NCBI GenBank assembly: GCA_030265395.1
Contig: JARFYF010000029.1
Location: 9,129,925-9,193,924 of the forward strand
Direction of reading: 5' to 3'
DNA length: 64,000 nucleotides
Source of the DNA: Rhina ancylostomus
Taxonomy: Eukaryota
In this document: piece after piece, positions 35,024 to 46,577 of the stretch
How positions within the stretch are numbered: position 1 is the stretch's first letter
Layout: every line of letters begins with the position of its first letter
Made by a program: the position numbers and the translations under genes
Notes under the pieces: model-generated
Told to the model about the DNA's origin: nothing
Seen by the model: only the letters and a program-made list of their open reading frames with translations
The model's database searches: none

Positions 35024-35237
35024 TGAACATAGAACATTACAGCACAGTGCAGGCCCTTCGGCCCACAATGTTGTGCCGGCAATTTATCCTGCTCTAAGAT
35101 CTATTTAACCCTTCCCTCCCACATATATGTGTCTATTCATGTGTCTATCTAAGAGTCTCTTAAATGTCCCTAATTTATCTGCCCCCACAACCTCTGCCAG
35201 CAGTGCGTTCCACGCACCCACCTCTCTGTGTTATAAA
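35024..35237 (-). mobile_element. CR1 3' end continuing into an N gap
   Basis: gaacatagaacattacagcacagtgcaggcccttcggcccacaatgttgtgcc; closely similar to 46578-46790. Confidence 0.85.
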
Positions 35238-36117
35238 NNNNNNNNNNNNNNNNNNNNNNNNNNNNNNNNNNNNNNNNNNNNNNNNNNNNNNNNNNNNNNN
35301 NNNNNNNNNNNNNNNNNNNNNNNNNNNNNNNNNNNNNNNNNNNNNNNNNNNNNNNNNNNNNNNNNNNNNNNNNNNNNNNNNNNNNNNNNNNNNNNNNNNN
35401 NNNNNNNNNNNNNNNNNNNNNNNNNNNNNNNNNNNNNNNNNNNNNNNNNNNNNNNNNNNNNNNNNNNNNNNNNNNNNNNNNNNNNNNNNNNNNNNNNNNN
35501 NNNNNNNNNNNNNNNNNNNNNNNNNNNNNNNNNNNNNNNNNNNNNNNNNNNNNNNNNNNNNNNNNNNNNNNNNNNNNNNNNNNNNNNNNNNNNNNNNNNN
35601 NNNNNNNNNNNNNNNNNNNNNNNNNNNNNNNNNNNNNNNNNNNNNNNNNNNNNNNNNNNNNNNNNNNNNNNNNNNNNNNNNNNNNNNNNNNNNNNNNNNN
35701 NNNNNNNNNNNNNNNNNNNNNNNNNNNNNNNNNNNNNNNNNNNNNNNNNNNNNNNNNNNNNNNNNNNNNNNNNNNNNNNNNNNNNNNNNNNNNNNNNNNN
35801 NNNNNNNNNNNNNNNNNNNNNNNNNNNNNNNNNNNNNNNNNNNNNNNNNNNNNNNNNNNNNNNNNNNNNNNNNNNNNNNNNNNNNNNNNNNNNNNNNNNN
35901 NNNNNNNNNNCAAGACCCACCCTTCTCATTCAAATGTTGGTACAATTCTTGTCTTTCCTTTTCCTTGCTCTTCTTAACTCTGATTCAGAGTCCACTGTCT
36001 GAAAGACCGGTGGAAGCAAACTCAATCTTCATATTAAAATTGGAATTGGATAGATACTTAAGGAAGGAAGGATTAGTTGCAGGGCTCTGGGAGGAGAGGT
36101 AGAGAATAGGCCTGGAG

Positions 36118-36240
36118 CAGCAAACACTCTGCTGGAGGAAGTCAGCAGGTTGAGCAGCATCTGTTTTTGGGTTTTTGGGGACGGTGGGGGGAAGGAATTG
36201 TAGATGTTTTGGGTCGACACCCTGCCTGACTGGATCACTC
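36118..36240 (-). mobile_element. Penelope-derived arm
   Basis: tgctggaggaagtcagcaggttgagcagcatctg...gatgttttgggtcgacaccctgc. Confidence 0.65.
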
Positions 36241-37177
36241 TCTTGCCGAGAGCTTGAATGGGCGCCATGGATGAATGCTCACCTTCCAAACTCTAACAAT
36301 TTTGCACTTGTCTTTGAAGCACCACAAGTACAGAAGAGACTAAACTCCCGACATTGATTCAGAATAAATTTAAAATAAACTAAATCTTCCTCTGTTGAAT
36401 AATTTGCTGTCCATCTCAACATGTGGTTAACAGACTAGGGTGGTTTAATTGCAGCTCCAGTAACTACAATAATGCAGCAATGACTGGGTTGTCAATCAAT
36501 CCAGAGCTCAAATCTATTCCTTCCTTTTTCTTTGCTGCCTTCCACTTCATAATCTAAATGTCTGTAGGTGCCTAGAAGCATCCACTTTCATTAAAAATAG
36601 CAGAAAGTGGAATGCTGTCTTGCGGCCTGGAGTGAAGAATGGAATATTTCCATTGATAAGTGATTTCCCAGGGTTAAATGGTCTCATCTAACTCATTGTA
36701 AGGAACAGGAACATTTAATCCATCATGACGTGATATATTACATGAGGTAACTCCACAAATAGTGGCCAGCTTTCTTTCCACATTGTTGCCTTTATCTTGC
36801 ATGTACTCGCCTAACTAAGTATACTGTTGACAGTCATTATTCACTCAGTTAAGCTTTCCTTGGAGGACTTCATTAAATTCTCACATGCCTTCCTCAATTA
36901 TTTGAAGTTTATCTCTGTGGATAAGTTGCTGAGCAAGCTGCTGGTGGACTCCAGGTTGGTTGATTCCAGTTGACAGAACCTTTCAGAGACAGACAGAGCC
37001 GCTGCCAGCTGGGAGTTGCTGCAGCTTTCAAAATTGGATGGTGTGCTTCTAAGCATGGATAATGAAGAACACTATACCTGCAGTTATTCACCCCTTCAGC
37101 AATAAAGTATTTGGCACTGGAAGAACTCGAGCCTTCTGCTTGAATTGAGTTTAGCAAACTTGTTGGCTGATCCCTCA

Positions 37178-37540
37178 GGCAGCACAATGGCATAGGTGGT
37201 AGAGCAACTGCCTCATAACTCCAGCGACCCAGGTTCAATCCTGACCTCCAGTACTGTCCCGTGTTTGATCCTGACCTCTGGTGATGTCCGTGTGGAGTTC
37301 GCGCATTCTCCCTGTGACTGTGTGGGTTTCCACCGGTTTCTTCCCACATCCCAAAGGTTTGCAGGTTGATAACTTACTAGCCATGGCGTGCAAGTGAGTA
37401 GTAGAATCTGAGAGAAGTTGATATGGATGTGAGGAGCAGAGGTTTGAAGGAAAATTAGTGGGGATTGGGATTGCTCTGTGAGCTAGCATAGATTTGATGG
37501 GCCAAAATGACTGCTTCCTTATGTCATAAGATAAAGATAA
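37178..37540 (+). mobile_element. V-SINE (HE1-like) with a duplicated B-box segment
   Basis: ggcagcacaatggc head; ggttcaatcctgacctc repeated as gtttgatcctgacctc; V domain gtgggtttccaccggtttcttcccacatcccaaagg. Confidence 0.8.
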
Positions 37541-38009
37541 AGGATTTTTAGTAACTAACTCAGCCGTGTACTTTTTAACCTCAGTATGTTAGAACTGTCA
37601 GATATTTTTAATATCTCCATTCATGTTCCACCTCTAAATCTGAACCTGACTAAACTCTGATAAGACTGGATACTGGCAAAGTTTTACTGTACTTTCTCCT
37701 CCTGCTGTACACCTTGCCTCATCTTGTCCACAGGGTGGATGTAAACATCCCACAATGTTATCCAGGGAAAGGATGTTTGCCTTGATTTTCTGGTCCATGT
37801 TCTTGAACAAGCTTCTGAAAAAGTGTTTGTTTCACTTGCCCAAGTTGATAAACATCTGAGAAAAGAGAGAGGATCAAAAATTTTTGCATGTTTGGAATCC
37901 TAAATCTTGGTATTTGCTGAGGTGATTCCTCTGTTCTTTGGGTGTTTGTGAGGGTGAAAGATAAGGATGGCAAGGTTCAAGAACCTTAGATGAAGGATAT
38001 TGAGAGAAA

Positions 38010-38068
38010 AGCAAGGTTTTTCACTGTACCTCAGTACTTGTGACAATAATAAACCAATTTACCAATTT
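38010..38068 (+). mobile_element. Rex1/Babar extreme 3' tail inserted in the CR1
   Basis: ttttcactgtacctcagtacttgtgacaataataaaccaatttaccaattt. Confidence 0.7.
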
Positions 38069-38104
38069 AATGTTGTAAGTTTAGTCAAAGAGGAAATATC
38101 TGAG

Positions 38105-38857
38105 TGTTACGAGCCCCAGGTTGCTATTTGGTGAGTGTCCCTTTAAGGCACCTGAATGGTCGCGTGTGTTTGTCTGACTGCTGTGAGTGGGAGCGGAGAG
38201 CTTCTATGACCGGGATAATGGGAATGCTGCAAGGGGTCTGAAGGCAGATTTATTGAAGTGCCGGCAATTGCAGAGATATCTGTGAGCTGATTCCTGAACC
38301 CAGCCACAGAGAGAGACGTGAGAGTTGGTAGCACTGACTGCCGGCCTCTGTATCTATGGGTGAAGTCCAGTTGTTGTGGCTGTCATTTTGGAATCCATAC
38401 ATGGATTTTTGGAGCAATCTGTGGAGTCCACTTTGTCGCTAACCTGTACCGGGAAGCAGGTATATCTGTGGGCGGCCACGCATCGAGTGCCCTCGGTGTG
38501 GCAGATATTTTGGAACAAAGCAATGGAGATCTTCGATGATTGTGGAATCGTATTGGTTCCAACGTGGAACTTATGAACTTCGTAAACTCCTTCTCTCTAC
38601 GTTCTAACGTGGTTATCAGAAGCCTTTGCTCATCGTTTTGCTTCGTGACTTGCTGAACTGAACTGTTTTGCCATCATAAAACTCTGAGAACTGTTCCTAG
38701 ACTTGGTGGTTTGGGAACTAGCCACACACACTTTGGTTTATTTCAGTCAATGTCTGATATCTAACTTTTAAAAAAATTATCACCAGTAGTTATTAATAGA
38801 TAGGTTTTAACATTGAAACCTTGCTCGTTGTGTTTCTATTGTTGCTGGTACGTAACA
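38105..38857. mobile_element. Solo LTR (Gypsy/ERV-like), 753 bp
   Basis: Termini TGTTACGagcc ... ggtaCGTAACA (TG..CA, 9/11 inverted match); CR1 host sequence resumes on both sides; degenerate 5-bp TSD ctgag/ctaat. Confidence 0.75.
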
Positions 38858-39182
38858 CTAATGTTTAGGAAGCTGAAATAAGACCAGGCTCGAGTATAAA
38901 GGAAGCAGAAAAGAACTTAAACAAGAAACTAAGAGGGCTAAAGGGGGCCATGAAATGTCCTTGGCAAGGACGATTAAGGGGATTCCCAAGGCATATTTGG
39001 AGCAAAAGCTTGTGAAAGGGTAAGTCCACTCAAGGACAAAGGAGGGAATGTATGTGTGGAGCCAAGTGAAGTGAGCAAGGCCTTAAATGAGTATTTTGCA
39101 TCAGTATTCAGAACGACATGGATGGTGGTCAGAGGAGGGGTGTATTGACATTCTAGAGCATGTCAATATTAAGAAGAAGTTG

Positions 39183-39298
39183 TTGAGTGAGGTGTCGACA
39201 GTTCATTTCCCTCCATGGATGTTGCCTGACCTGCTGAGTTCCTCCAGCACTTTTTATGTATTGCTCCAGATCCCAGCAGCTACAGAATTTTTTGTGTC
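39183..39298 (+). mobile_element. Penelope-derived arm inserted in the CR1
   Basis: gtcgacagttcatttccctccatggatgttgcctgacctgctgagttcctccagcac. Confidence 0.8.
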
Positions 39299-40699
39299 TT
39301 TGAAAAACATTGAGCTGGCTAAGTCCCCAGGGCCTGATGGAATTTATCCCAGGAAACTGAGGGGGGAGATTGTGGGCCGTTAATGGAGACCTTTGTACCT
39401 TTGTATCCTCTTTAGGCACAGGTGAGGTCCTGGAAGCTAATGTCCTTCCTTTGTTTAAGAAGGGCAACGAGGATAATGCAGGAAATTATAGGCCAGTGAG
39501 CCATATATCAGTGGTAGGGAAATTGTTGGAGCAGATTTTTGGGGACAGGACTTACTGGCATTTGGAAAAAGCATGGACTTTTTTGGGATAGGAGGTCCTG
39601 TCTCTCAAATTTTGATTGAGTGTTTTGGGGAAACGATGAAGGTGATTGAAGGTAGTATTTGACAAAAAGTATTTGACAAGGTCCCTCGGTGAATTGGTAA
39701 GTTGGATACAAAATTGGCTTGGTGATAGATGACAGAGGGAAGTGGTGGAGGAATGTTTTACAGACAGAAGGTCTGTGACCAGTGGTGTTTGACAAGGATC
39801 AGTGCTGGGACTTCATTGTTTGTGATTTATATATGAACGATTTGAGTGAAAACGTAAATGGCCTAATTACTAAGTTTGCAGATGACCATGAAAATTGGTG
39901 GAGTTGTGGACAGTGAGGAAGGTTGTCATAGAATCAGTTTGAAAAATGGCAGATGAAGAGTTTAATCTGGACAAGTGGGAGGTGTAGCATTTTGGGAAGT
40001 CAAATGCAAAAGGAAAGTATGCAGTGAATGGCAGGACCCTTCAGAGCATTGATATGCAGAGGGATCTTGGGGAGCAAGTCCATAGCTCCCTGAAAGTGGC
40101 AACACAAGTGGATTGGGTGGTAAAGAAGGTGTATAACGTGCTTGCCTTCTTCGGTCGGGGCACTGAGTTTCAAAGTTGGGAGGGTCTTTGTTGCAGTTGT
40201 GTAAAACTTTGCAGAGGCCACATTTGGAGTATTTTGTACAGTTCTGGTTGCCACACAATAGAAAGGATGTGGAAGCTTTGGAGAGGGTGCAGAAGTTGTT
40301 CACCAGGATGTTGCCTGGATTGCAGTGTATTATCTATAAGAAGAAGTTGGACAAACGTGGATTGTTTTCTTTGGTGTGTCAGAGGCTGAGGAGCAACCTG
40401 ATAAAATTATGAGGCACAGACAGGGTAGATAGTCAGGGTCTCTCTCCCAGGATGGAAATGTCAAATACCAGAGGGCATTAATTTAAGGTGAGAAGGGGAA
40501 AGATTGAAGGAGATTTGAGAGGCAAGTTTTTCTTTATGCTGTAAGTGGTTGGTGCCTGGAAGGAGTAGCAGATATGATAGCAGTGTTTAAGAGGCATTGA
40601 GACAGGTACGTCAACAGGCGGAGAATGGAGGGATATGGATCGCATAGAGACAGATGGGATTAGTTGGATCGGTATTATGGCCGGCACAGACGAGGGGCG

Positions 40700-40945
40700 A
40701 AGAGCTAGGAGTGCTGCGCTGTTCTACATTAGTGTGGTTCTCCTGGGGGGTGCAGNNNNNNNNNNNNNNNNNNAGGTTCAATCGTGACCTCCGGTACTAT
40801 TTGTGTGGAATTTCCATGTTCTCCCTGCGACCATGTGTGTTTTCCCCCAGGTACTGGAGTTTCCTCCCACATCCCAAAGATCTGTGGGTCATCAGGTTAA
40901 TTGGTCACTGTACGTTATCCCTTAGTGTAGGTTAATGCCAAAAAG
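40700..40945 (+). mobile_element. V-SINE (HE1-like)
   Basis: aggttcaatcgtgacctccgg B box; gtttcctcccacatcccaaaga; aggttaattggtcactgta. Confidence 0.75.
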
Positions 40946-41556
40946 AATTGAGGGAGAATTGGACGAATGGTGCACTGCAGAGTTGAATAATTATTGGGGT
41001 CGTATTTTCTATGGTGGCACAATTGGAAGGTTACAGCCAAAACTGCTCATTTTGCTAATGTCTGTTCACAGCTGTCAAAGTCATCAGAGCAGAGCCGAAA
41101 AGTGAGAAAACAGCACAAGAAATAGGTTGTGTGGAACACACTAACCACACACTCTATTCCACAGTTTCAGGTCATCAGTCTGTAACTCCTACACTTTAGG
41201 CAGAGCGGACTCAAAGTTCCTTTTGACAACACTGGGGGGTGAAAAAACTGCTGTGCAGTTAACCCAGAATAGAGCAAAATGACACCCTTTTCTGGGCCTC
41301 TTAGTGGCTAGTGGAAAATACGACCAATAAGGAATAATGTCATCTTTCTCCTTCAGGGTGTCCCAAACACTTCACGCCCCATCAATTACCTTTGAAGGGT
41401 ACTAGTGTTTTGAAGGCAAACATGACGGCTATTCTGTACACAGTCAGTTCCCGCAAACAGCAACAGGATGAATGACCACTTATTCTGTTTAATAGGGGTG
41501 CTGGCTGGGCCAGAGATCGCCAGAACATCAGGGAAGCTTCTTTTCAAGGTGCAACT

Positions 41557-42285
41557 AACACAGTTGTGCAGCTTGCAAAGTAGCTACCTCACAGTTCCAG
41601 CAACCCTGGTTCGATCCTGACTTCTGGCACTGTGCAGAGTTTACAAGTTCTCCCCCAGATCACATGGGTTTCCACCGGGTGCTCTGATTTCCTCCCACAT
41701 CTCAAAAGTGTGCGGGTTGGTTGCTTAACCTGGATTAGAGATCGTGCTATAAGGAGAGGTTGGACAAACCAGGGTTGTCTTCTCTGGAGCGGTGGAGACT
41801 GAGGGAAGACCTGATAGGTGTTTGTATAATTATGAGAGGCTGGTATCCTTTTCCCAGGGTTGAAATGTCTCATACTGGAGGGCATGCATTTAAGTTCAAA
41901 GGAGATGTGCAGGACGAGTTTGTTTTTCCTCAGTGTGGGTGCCTGCAATGCACTGCCGGGGTTGGTAGTGGAGGCAGAAATGATGTTTAAGGGGCTCTTG
42001 AATAGGCACATGAATATACAGCGAATGCAAGGATATAGACCAGGTCCAGGCAAAAGAGGTTAGTGTCATTAGGTGTCATTTGCTTATTTAGTTTGGCACA
42101 ACATCATGGACTGAAGGGCCTGTTCCTGTGCTGTTCTATTCTCTGTAATTCACTGTAAATTGCCCCTTGTGTGCAGGTGAGTGTAGCATCTGGGGCAGTT
42201 AATGGGAATGTGAGGAGAATAAGATTGGATTTGTAAATGGTTACTTGATGGTCAGCACAGACTCAGAGGCTGAAGGGCCTGTTTC
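41557..42285 (+). mobile_element. V-SINE interrupted by a CR1 fragment
   Basis: Head and V domain 41557-41727; resumes at cactgtaaattgccccttgtgtg (about 42150) through tgaagggcctgtttc. Confidence 0.8.
41729..42146 (+). mobile_element. CR1 3' fragment nested in the V-SINE
   Basis: LSSLERWRLREDLI, HTGGHAFK, 3' gaagggcctgttcctgtgctgttctattctctg. Confidence 0.85.
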
Positions 42286-43229
42286 NNNNNNNNNNNNNNT
42301 TGATGATCATTTTACGGACCAGGTGGTTCAAAAGGTGACATTGTTTGAGAGTGCATCACTCTCTGAGACTGACACTGAAGTGCCAGACTGATTCCAGGAT
42401 TTGAACACAATCATTGGGTTAGGTTATAGGTAATGTCCAGTGTCTGGATGTCAACCCAGCAAAGAATCAGTTCAAGGGCAAATGTGAGCAAGGAAATGAA
42501 AAGAAGTAGGTGAAGAATATTGGAACCCCCAAAATAATGAAGAGTGTTGGAAGTAATGAATTTACTTCTCAGAGACTCCTTTGTCAGAACTCTGTTCACT
42601 GATGGCTGCTTTCACAGGCTGACAGCTTGTCAATGAATGGCTTAATTAACATCTGGCTCTTACCAGACTGGTGTTTCTGCTGTAAATCTTTCTGCTCCTC
42701 ACCTGCACCTTGTAGAAGCAAAGCTTTTCTTCGAAAAAAAATACTGAAAGATTTTTTAAAAAAGTGATGCTGTTTGTGTGCATTGATGAATGAACTGTGA
42801 AGGCAGAAAGAAAATTAAGTGGATGAAATGTGTTTTTCTATAGAAACTTGGCAGCGTTGCTGGGTTGGGCGCAAGAGTGAGTAAGACTCTTGTGTTTTAA
42901 TTGTCAGGCCTTTAAACATATTGTTTTCTTTTGATTCTGGTCTTTCCACTCACGTATTGTGGTGCATGACCTTGTATATCAGAAATATCAGGAGCTCTAT
43001 TTTTTTCTCTGTTCCGCGAATTTCAGGCATTGCTGGAAGAGTGAAGACTGATGTGTGTTTACCAGTCTGTGCCTGTGCCCCTGCGATCGCTGATTTTGAG
43101 CATGTAAGCCAGAAGCTAGCTGGAGGGAAGTCTGCTTGATTGGCAGTGTCCACGGAGAAGTCTGAAGTTCTGCCGTGAATGTCTGCTGCAGCTTCTTTTG
43201 TTCAAAGTGTCCCAAATGAAAGCTCTATG

Positions 43230-43560
43230 GTCCTGAGGCTAAGTGCACTGCCCTGTGTTGTACACAGCCAACCCATGCCAGGTTTAATCCCCAGTCGGTG
43301 CTGATTTCGGGGTTAGGGTTAGAAGAGGCTGCCTCCGGGTGTGAGAGAAAAGAATAAGTCATGCTACTCGTTCCTGAAGGTTATTCAACAACCCCCACTG
43401 GAAAGGTTGCAGATGAGATCTCTGGGTGAGGATAGGTTATGCGTGAACCTTGGTCCCCAGAGTGAAAAGACCATGCTCAGCTGAAGGGCAGGAAATTGCC
43501 ACCAGTAGCTGTGGAACCAAATACCAGCAAAAGTGGCTGTGACTACAGGAGAGTCTTTAC
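43230..43560 (+). mobile_element. Old, unclassified tRNA-derived SINE-like repeat
   Basis: B-box-like ccaggtttaatccccagtc; ccactggaaagg, gggtgaggatagg, gtggaacc motifs; possible related pieces near 32090 and 53700-53870 (-). Confidence 0.35.
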
Positions 43561-43631
43561 CTTGAAGTATTAGGTTGTGTGGTAGATAAAAACGTCAGTC
43601 ATGCTCTTGATTTGGCATCACAATGGGTGGC

Positions 43632-43815
43632 ATCACAATGCAGCACTCAATGCTTCTGCCTCAGTGAGGGAATGGGTTTGATCCTGACCTCGAGTGCAGT
43701 ATGTGTGGAGTTTGCACAATCTCCTTGTGACCACGTGGGTTTCCTCCGGATGCTCTGTTTCCTCCCACCTCTGGTCGGCTGATTGGTTATTGCAAATTGT
43801 TCCCTAGTGCAGGTT
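43632..43815 (+). mobile_element. V-SINE 5' part
   Basis: gggtttgatcctgacctcg; tgtgtggagtttgcacaatctccttgtgaccacgtgggtttcctccggatgctctgtttcctcccac. Confidence 0.8.
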
Positions 43816-43831
43816 CACGAGAATCAAACGA

Positions 43832-43904
43832 GAGACTGCAGATGCTGGAAATCTGGAGCAATGCACACAAAATGCTGGAGGAACTCAGCAGGTCAGGCAG
43901 CATC
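43832..43904 (-). mobile_element. Penelope-derived arm entering a 943-N gap
   Basis: ctgcagatgctggaaatctggagc...tgctggaggaactcagcaggtcaggcagcatc. Confidence 0.8.
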
Positions 43905-46577
43905 NNNNNNNNNNNNNNNNNNNNNNNNNNNNNNNNNNNNNNNNNNNNNNNNNNNNNNNNNNNNNNNNNNNNNNNNNNNNNNNNNNNNNNNNNNNNNNNN
44001 NNNNNNNNNNNNNNNNNNNNNNNNNNNNNNNNNNNNNNNNNNNNNNNNNNNNNNNNNNNNNNNNNNNNNNNNNNNNNNNNNNNNNNNNNNNNNNNNNNNN
44101 NNNNNNNNNNNNNNNNNNNNNNNNNNNNNNNNNNNNNNNNNNNNNNNNNNNNNNNNNNNNNNNNNNNNNNNNNNNNNNNNNNNNNNNNNNNNNNNNNNNN
44201 NNNNNNNNNNNNNNNNNNNNNNNNNNNNNNNNNNNNNNNNNNNNNNNNNNNNNNNNNNNNNNNNNNNNNNNNNNNNNNNNNNNNNNNNNNNNNNNNNNNN
44301 NNNNNNNNNNNNNNNNNNNNNNNNNNNNNNNNNNNNNNNNNNNNNNNNNNNNNNNNNNNNNNNNNNNNNNNNNNNNNNNNNNNNNNNNNNNNNNNNNNNN
44401 NNNNNNNNNNNNNNNNNNNNNNNNNNNNNNNNNNNNNNNNNNNNNNNNNNNNNNNNNNNNNNNNNNNNNNNNNNNNNNNNNNNNNNNNNNNNNNNNNNNN
44501 NNNNNNNNNNNNNNNNNNNNNNNNNNNNNNNNNNNNNNNNNNNNNNNNNNNNNNNNNNNNNNNNNNNNNNNNNNNNNNNNNNNNNNNNNNNNNNNNNNNN
44601 NNNNNNNNNNNNNNNNNNNNNNNNNNNNNNNNNNNNNNNNNNNNNNNNNNNNNNNNNNNNNNNNNNNNNNNNNNNNNNNNNNNNNNNNNNNNNNNNNNNN
44701 NNNNNNNNNNNNNNNNNNNNNNNNNNNNNNNNNNNNNNNNNNNNNNNNNNNNNNNNNNNNNNNNNNNNNNNNNNNNNNNNNNNNNNNNNNNNNNNNNNNN
44801 NNNNNNNNNNNNNNNNNNNNNNNNNNNNNNNNNNNNNNNNNNNNNNNGGAAAAGATTCTGACTATCTACTCAATTTATGCTTCTGAGGTGGTTTATCTGT
44901 TCTGAGCAATTTCATTGTCCTCTGCGCCATTGAACCACACAGGCCAGGAGTTAGAGGGCCTTAGGTGGGACGCTTGATGTTTTTACTGTGGTTGGTTCAG
45001 CATCTTGGCAAGGTCATCCTGTGGTTAAAAAGAAGTCAATACTTGCATTCGTATAGCGCCTTTCAAAACCTTGAAACATTCCAAAGCACTCTGGCAATGA
45101 AGTGCATATGTGGTGTGATCACTGTTGCATAAATAATAGCCAATACAGTGCCTGGAAGACTCTTGCATTCAGCAATCTACTGAGCGGATGCTCTGAACTG
45201 GTCCTGGACAATTCCACTGGACACGAAGGGGCTCGGCCCTTTGTAACAGCCACTCAAACGCTTTGCTTAAGAGGAAAAAAAATGAGCGGCTCTGACACAT
45301 TGTAAGACAATGTATTGGATTTAAGGTAAAATGAATGTGGAGAAGACGCATACCAGTTGTATTCGCTGCATATATTATGAAGAGTTTATTTTTGAAATAA
45401 GGAATGGTGGTCTGAATTGGTGTTTGGTTGATGGAATATTGGCTGGGCAACCAGTAGAGTGCCCCTTCCCTTCACCCTGCTCTTCTTTGATATGGTGGCG
45501 TGGAATCTTGTGATTCTAAAGGGATTTCCAAGAACTCCATTTATTATTGTTGTCGTGAGTGTGTGTAGGCACGCAAACATGCGCTAACCATTCTCTGACC
45601 TGAAAATAATGGCCTCAGTGAGGCACAAGAGTGGACCTGACATCTATGAACCAACACAAACCATTTGGGAGGGAGGCAAGAAAATAAGTATTAGATGGAA
45701 TTGTACAGGATAGACTTCATGGTTGATTTGAATGGCATTAACATGAGAAGTAATTGGAGCTCAAATTGAGTGTTTTATGAAAACCACAAAAGCCCAGAGA
45801 TTGAATTAATGCCATAAGAGTGCTGTCAGTTTACTGATTATGGTTTGCAATGAGAATGCTTAAACCAGTTATTATCCAAAAACATTTAACACCTCCTCCT
45901 GTAATTGCAAGGGAATGTATAATCAGTGTACCAAGTCACTCGTTTCCATCCTACATGTGTCATGCTCTGCTCATTATTACTGATTCTTTTAAACATCAAT
46001 ATTTCCGTAAGATGATAGGTCAGAGTAATTATCACATAACTGACCTTTATGTTAAATTCCACTATACAAGGGTGACATTTCCTCCCTTCTTATCAGTAGT
46101 ACTGGTAGTTTATTTTATGTATGTTCCAATAATTACTTTTTAAAGTGAGTTGTGTGTTTATGGCTCCAAGAACATCTCAGTATTGACCCAGGAATAAAAA
46201 AGCTGTTTCACATTAATGGTGCACTATTATTTAATGTTATTAACAACTTGGTTGTGCCACATGTTCTGAGTATCCAATCAGACAAATGCCAATTTATTCC
46301 CTTCAGCTACTATCCCAGTCATCAGTATTCTGTGTCAATAAATGTGACAGTATAACTATCGCAAATCATTGAAATATAGATCCAGATCTTACTGTTCATC
46401 AACTGATACACTAGGCCTCTGGTTAATCCACTTGAGTTGTGTTTCGACCATTGTGATCTGACTTTTCGATGTGAAAGCTGTCAGTACAAAACTGTCCTGA
46501 GATATGATTACACCAAGCAGTCGATCTGTACAGTGGCTTGGAGACAGGAAAGAGAGGAGGGTCTGGTCTGTCTTTGC

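Larger units (their letters stand above)
37945..40690 (+). mobile_element. Long 5'-truncated CR1 LINE (decayed ORF2) with nested insertions
   Basis: KSPGPDGIYPR, ANVLPLFKKG..NYRPVSHISVVGKLLE, tttgcagatgac (FADD), RPHLEYFVQFWLPH...LERVQKLFTRMLPGL; many frameshifts. Confidence 0.9.
41335..42410 (-). mobile_element. Deu-domain SINE split in two (41335-41545 and 42300-42410) by a V-SINE plus CR1 insertion
   Basis: gtgtcccaaacacttcac, ttcccgcaaacagcaacaggatgaatgacca on the left; gagagtgcatcactctctgagactgacactgaagtg...ggatttgaac on the right. Confidence 0.55.

Noticed and set aside
35127-36102. Long ORFs of 232-312 aa
   Set aside because: Artefacts of translating through an N gap; the flanks are CR1 sequence.
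37178-37260. tRNA-like A/B boxes
   Set aside because: These are SINE heads continuing into the V domain; no full cloverleaf.
43783-44886. ORFs of 354-367 aa
   Set aside because: Almost entirely X, from the N gap.
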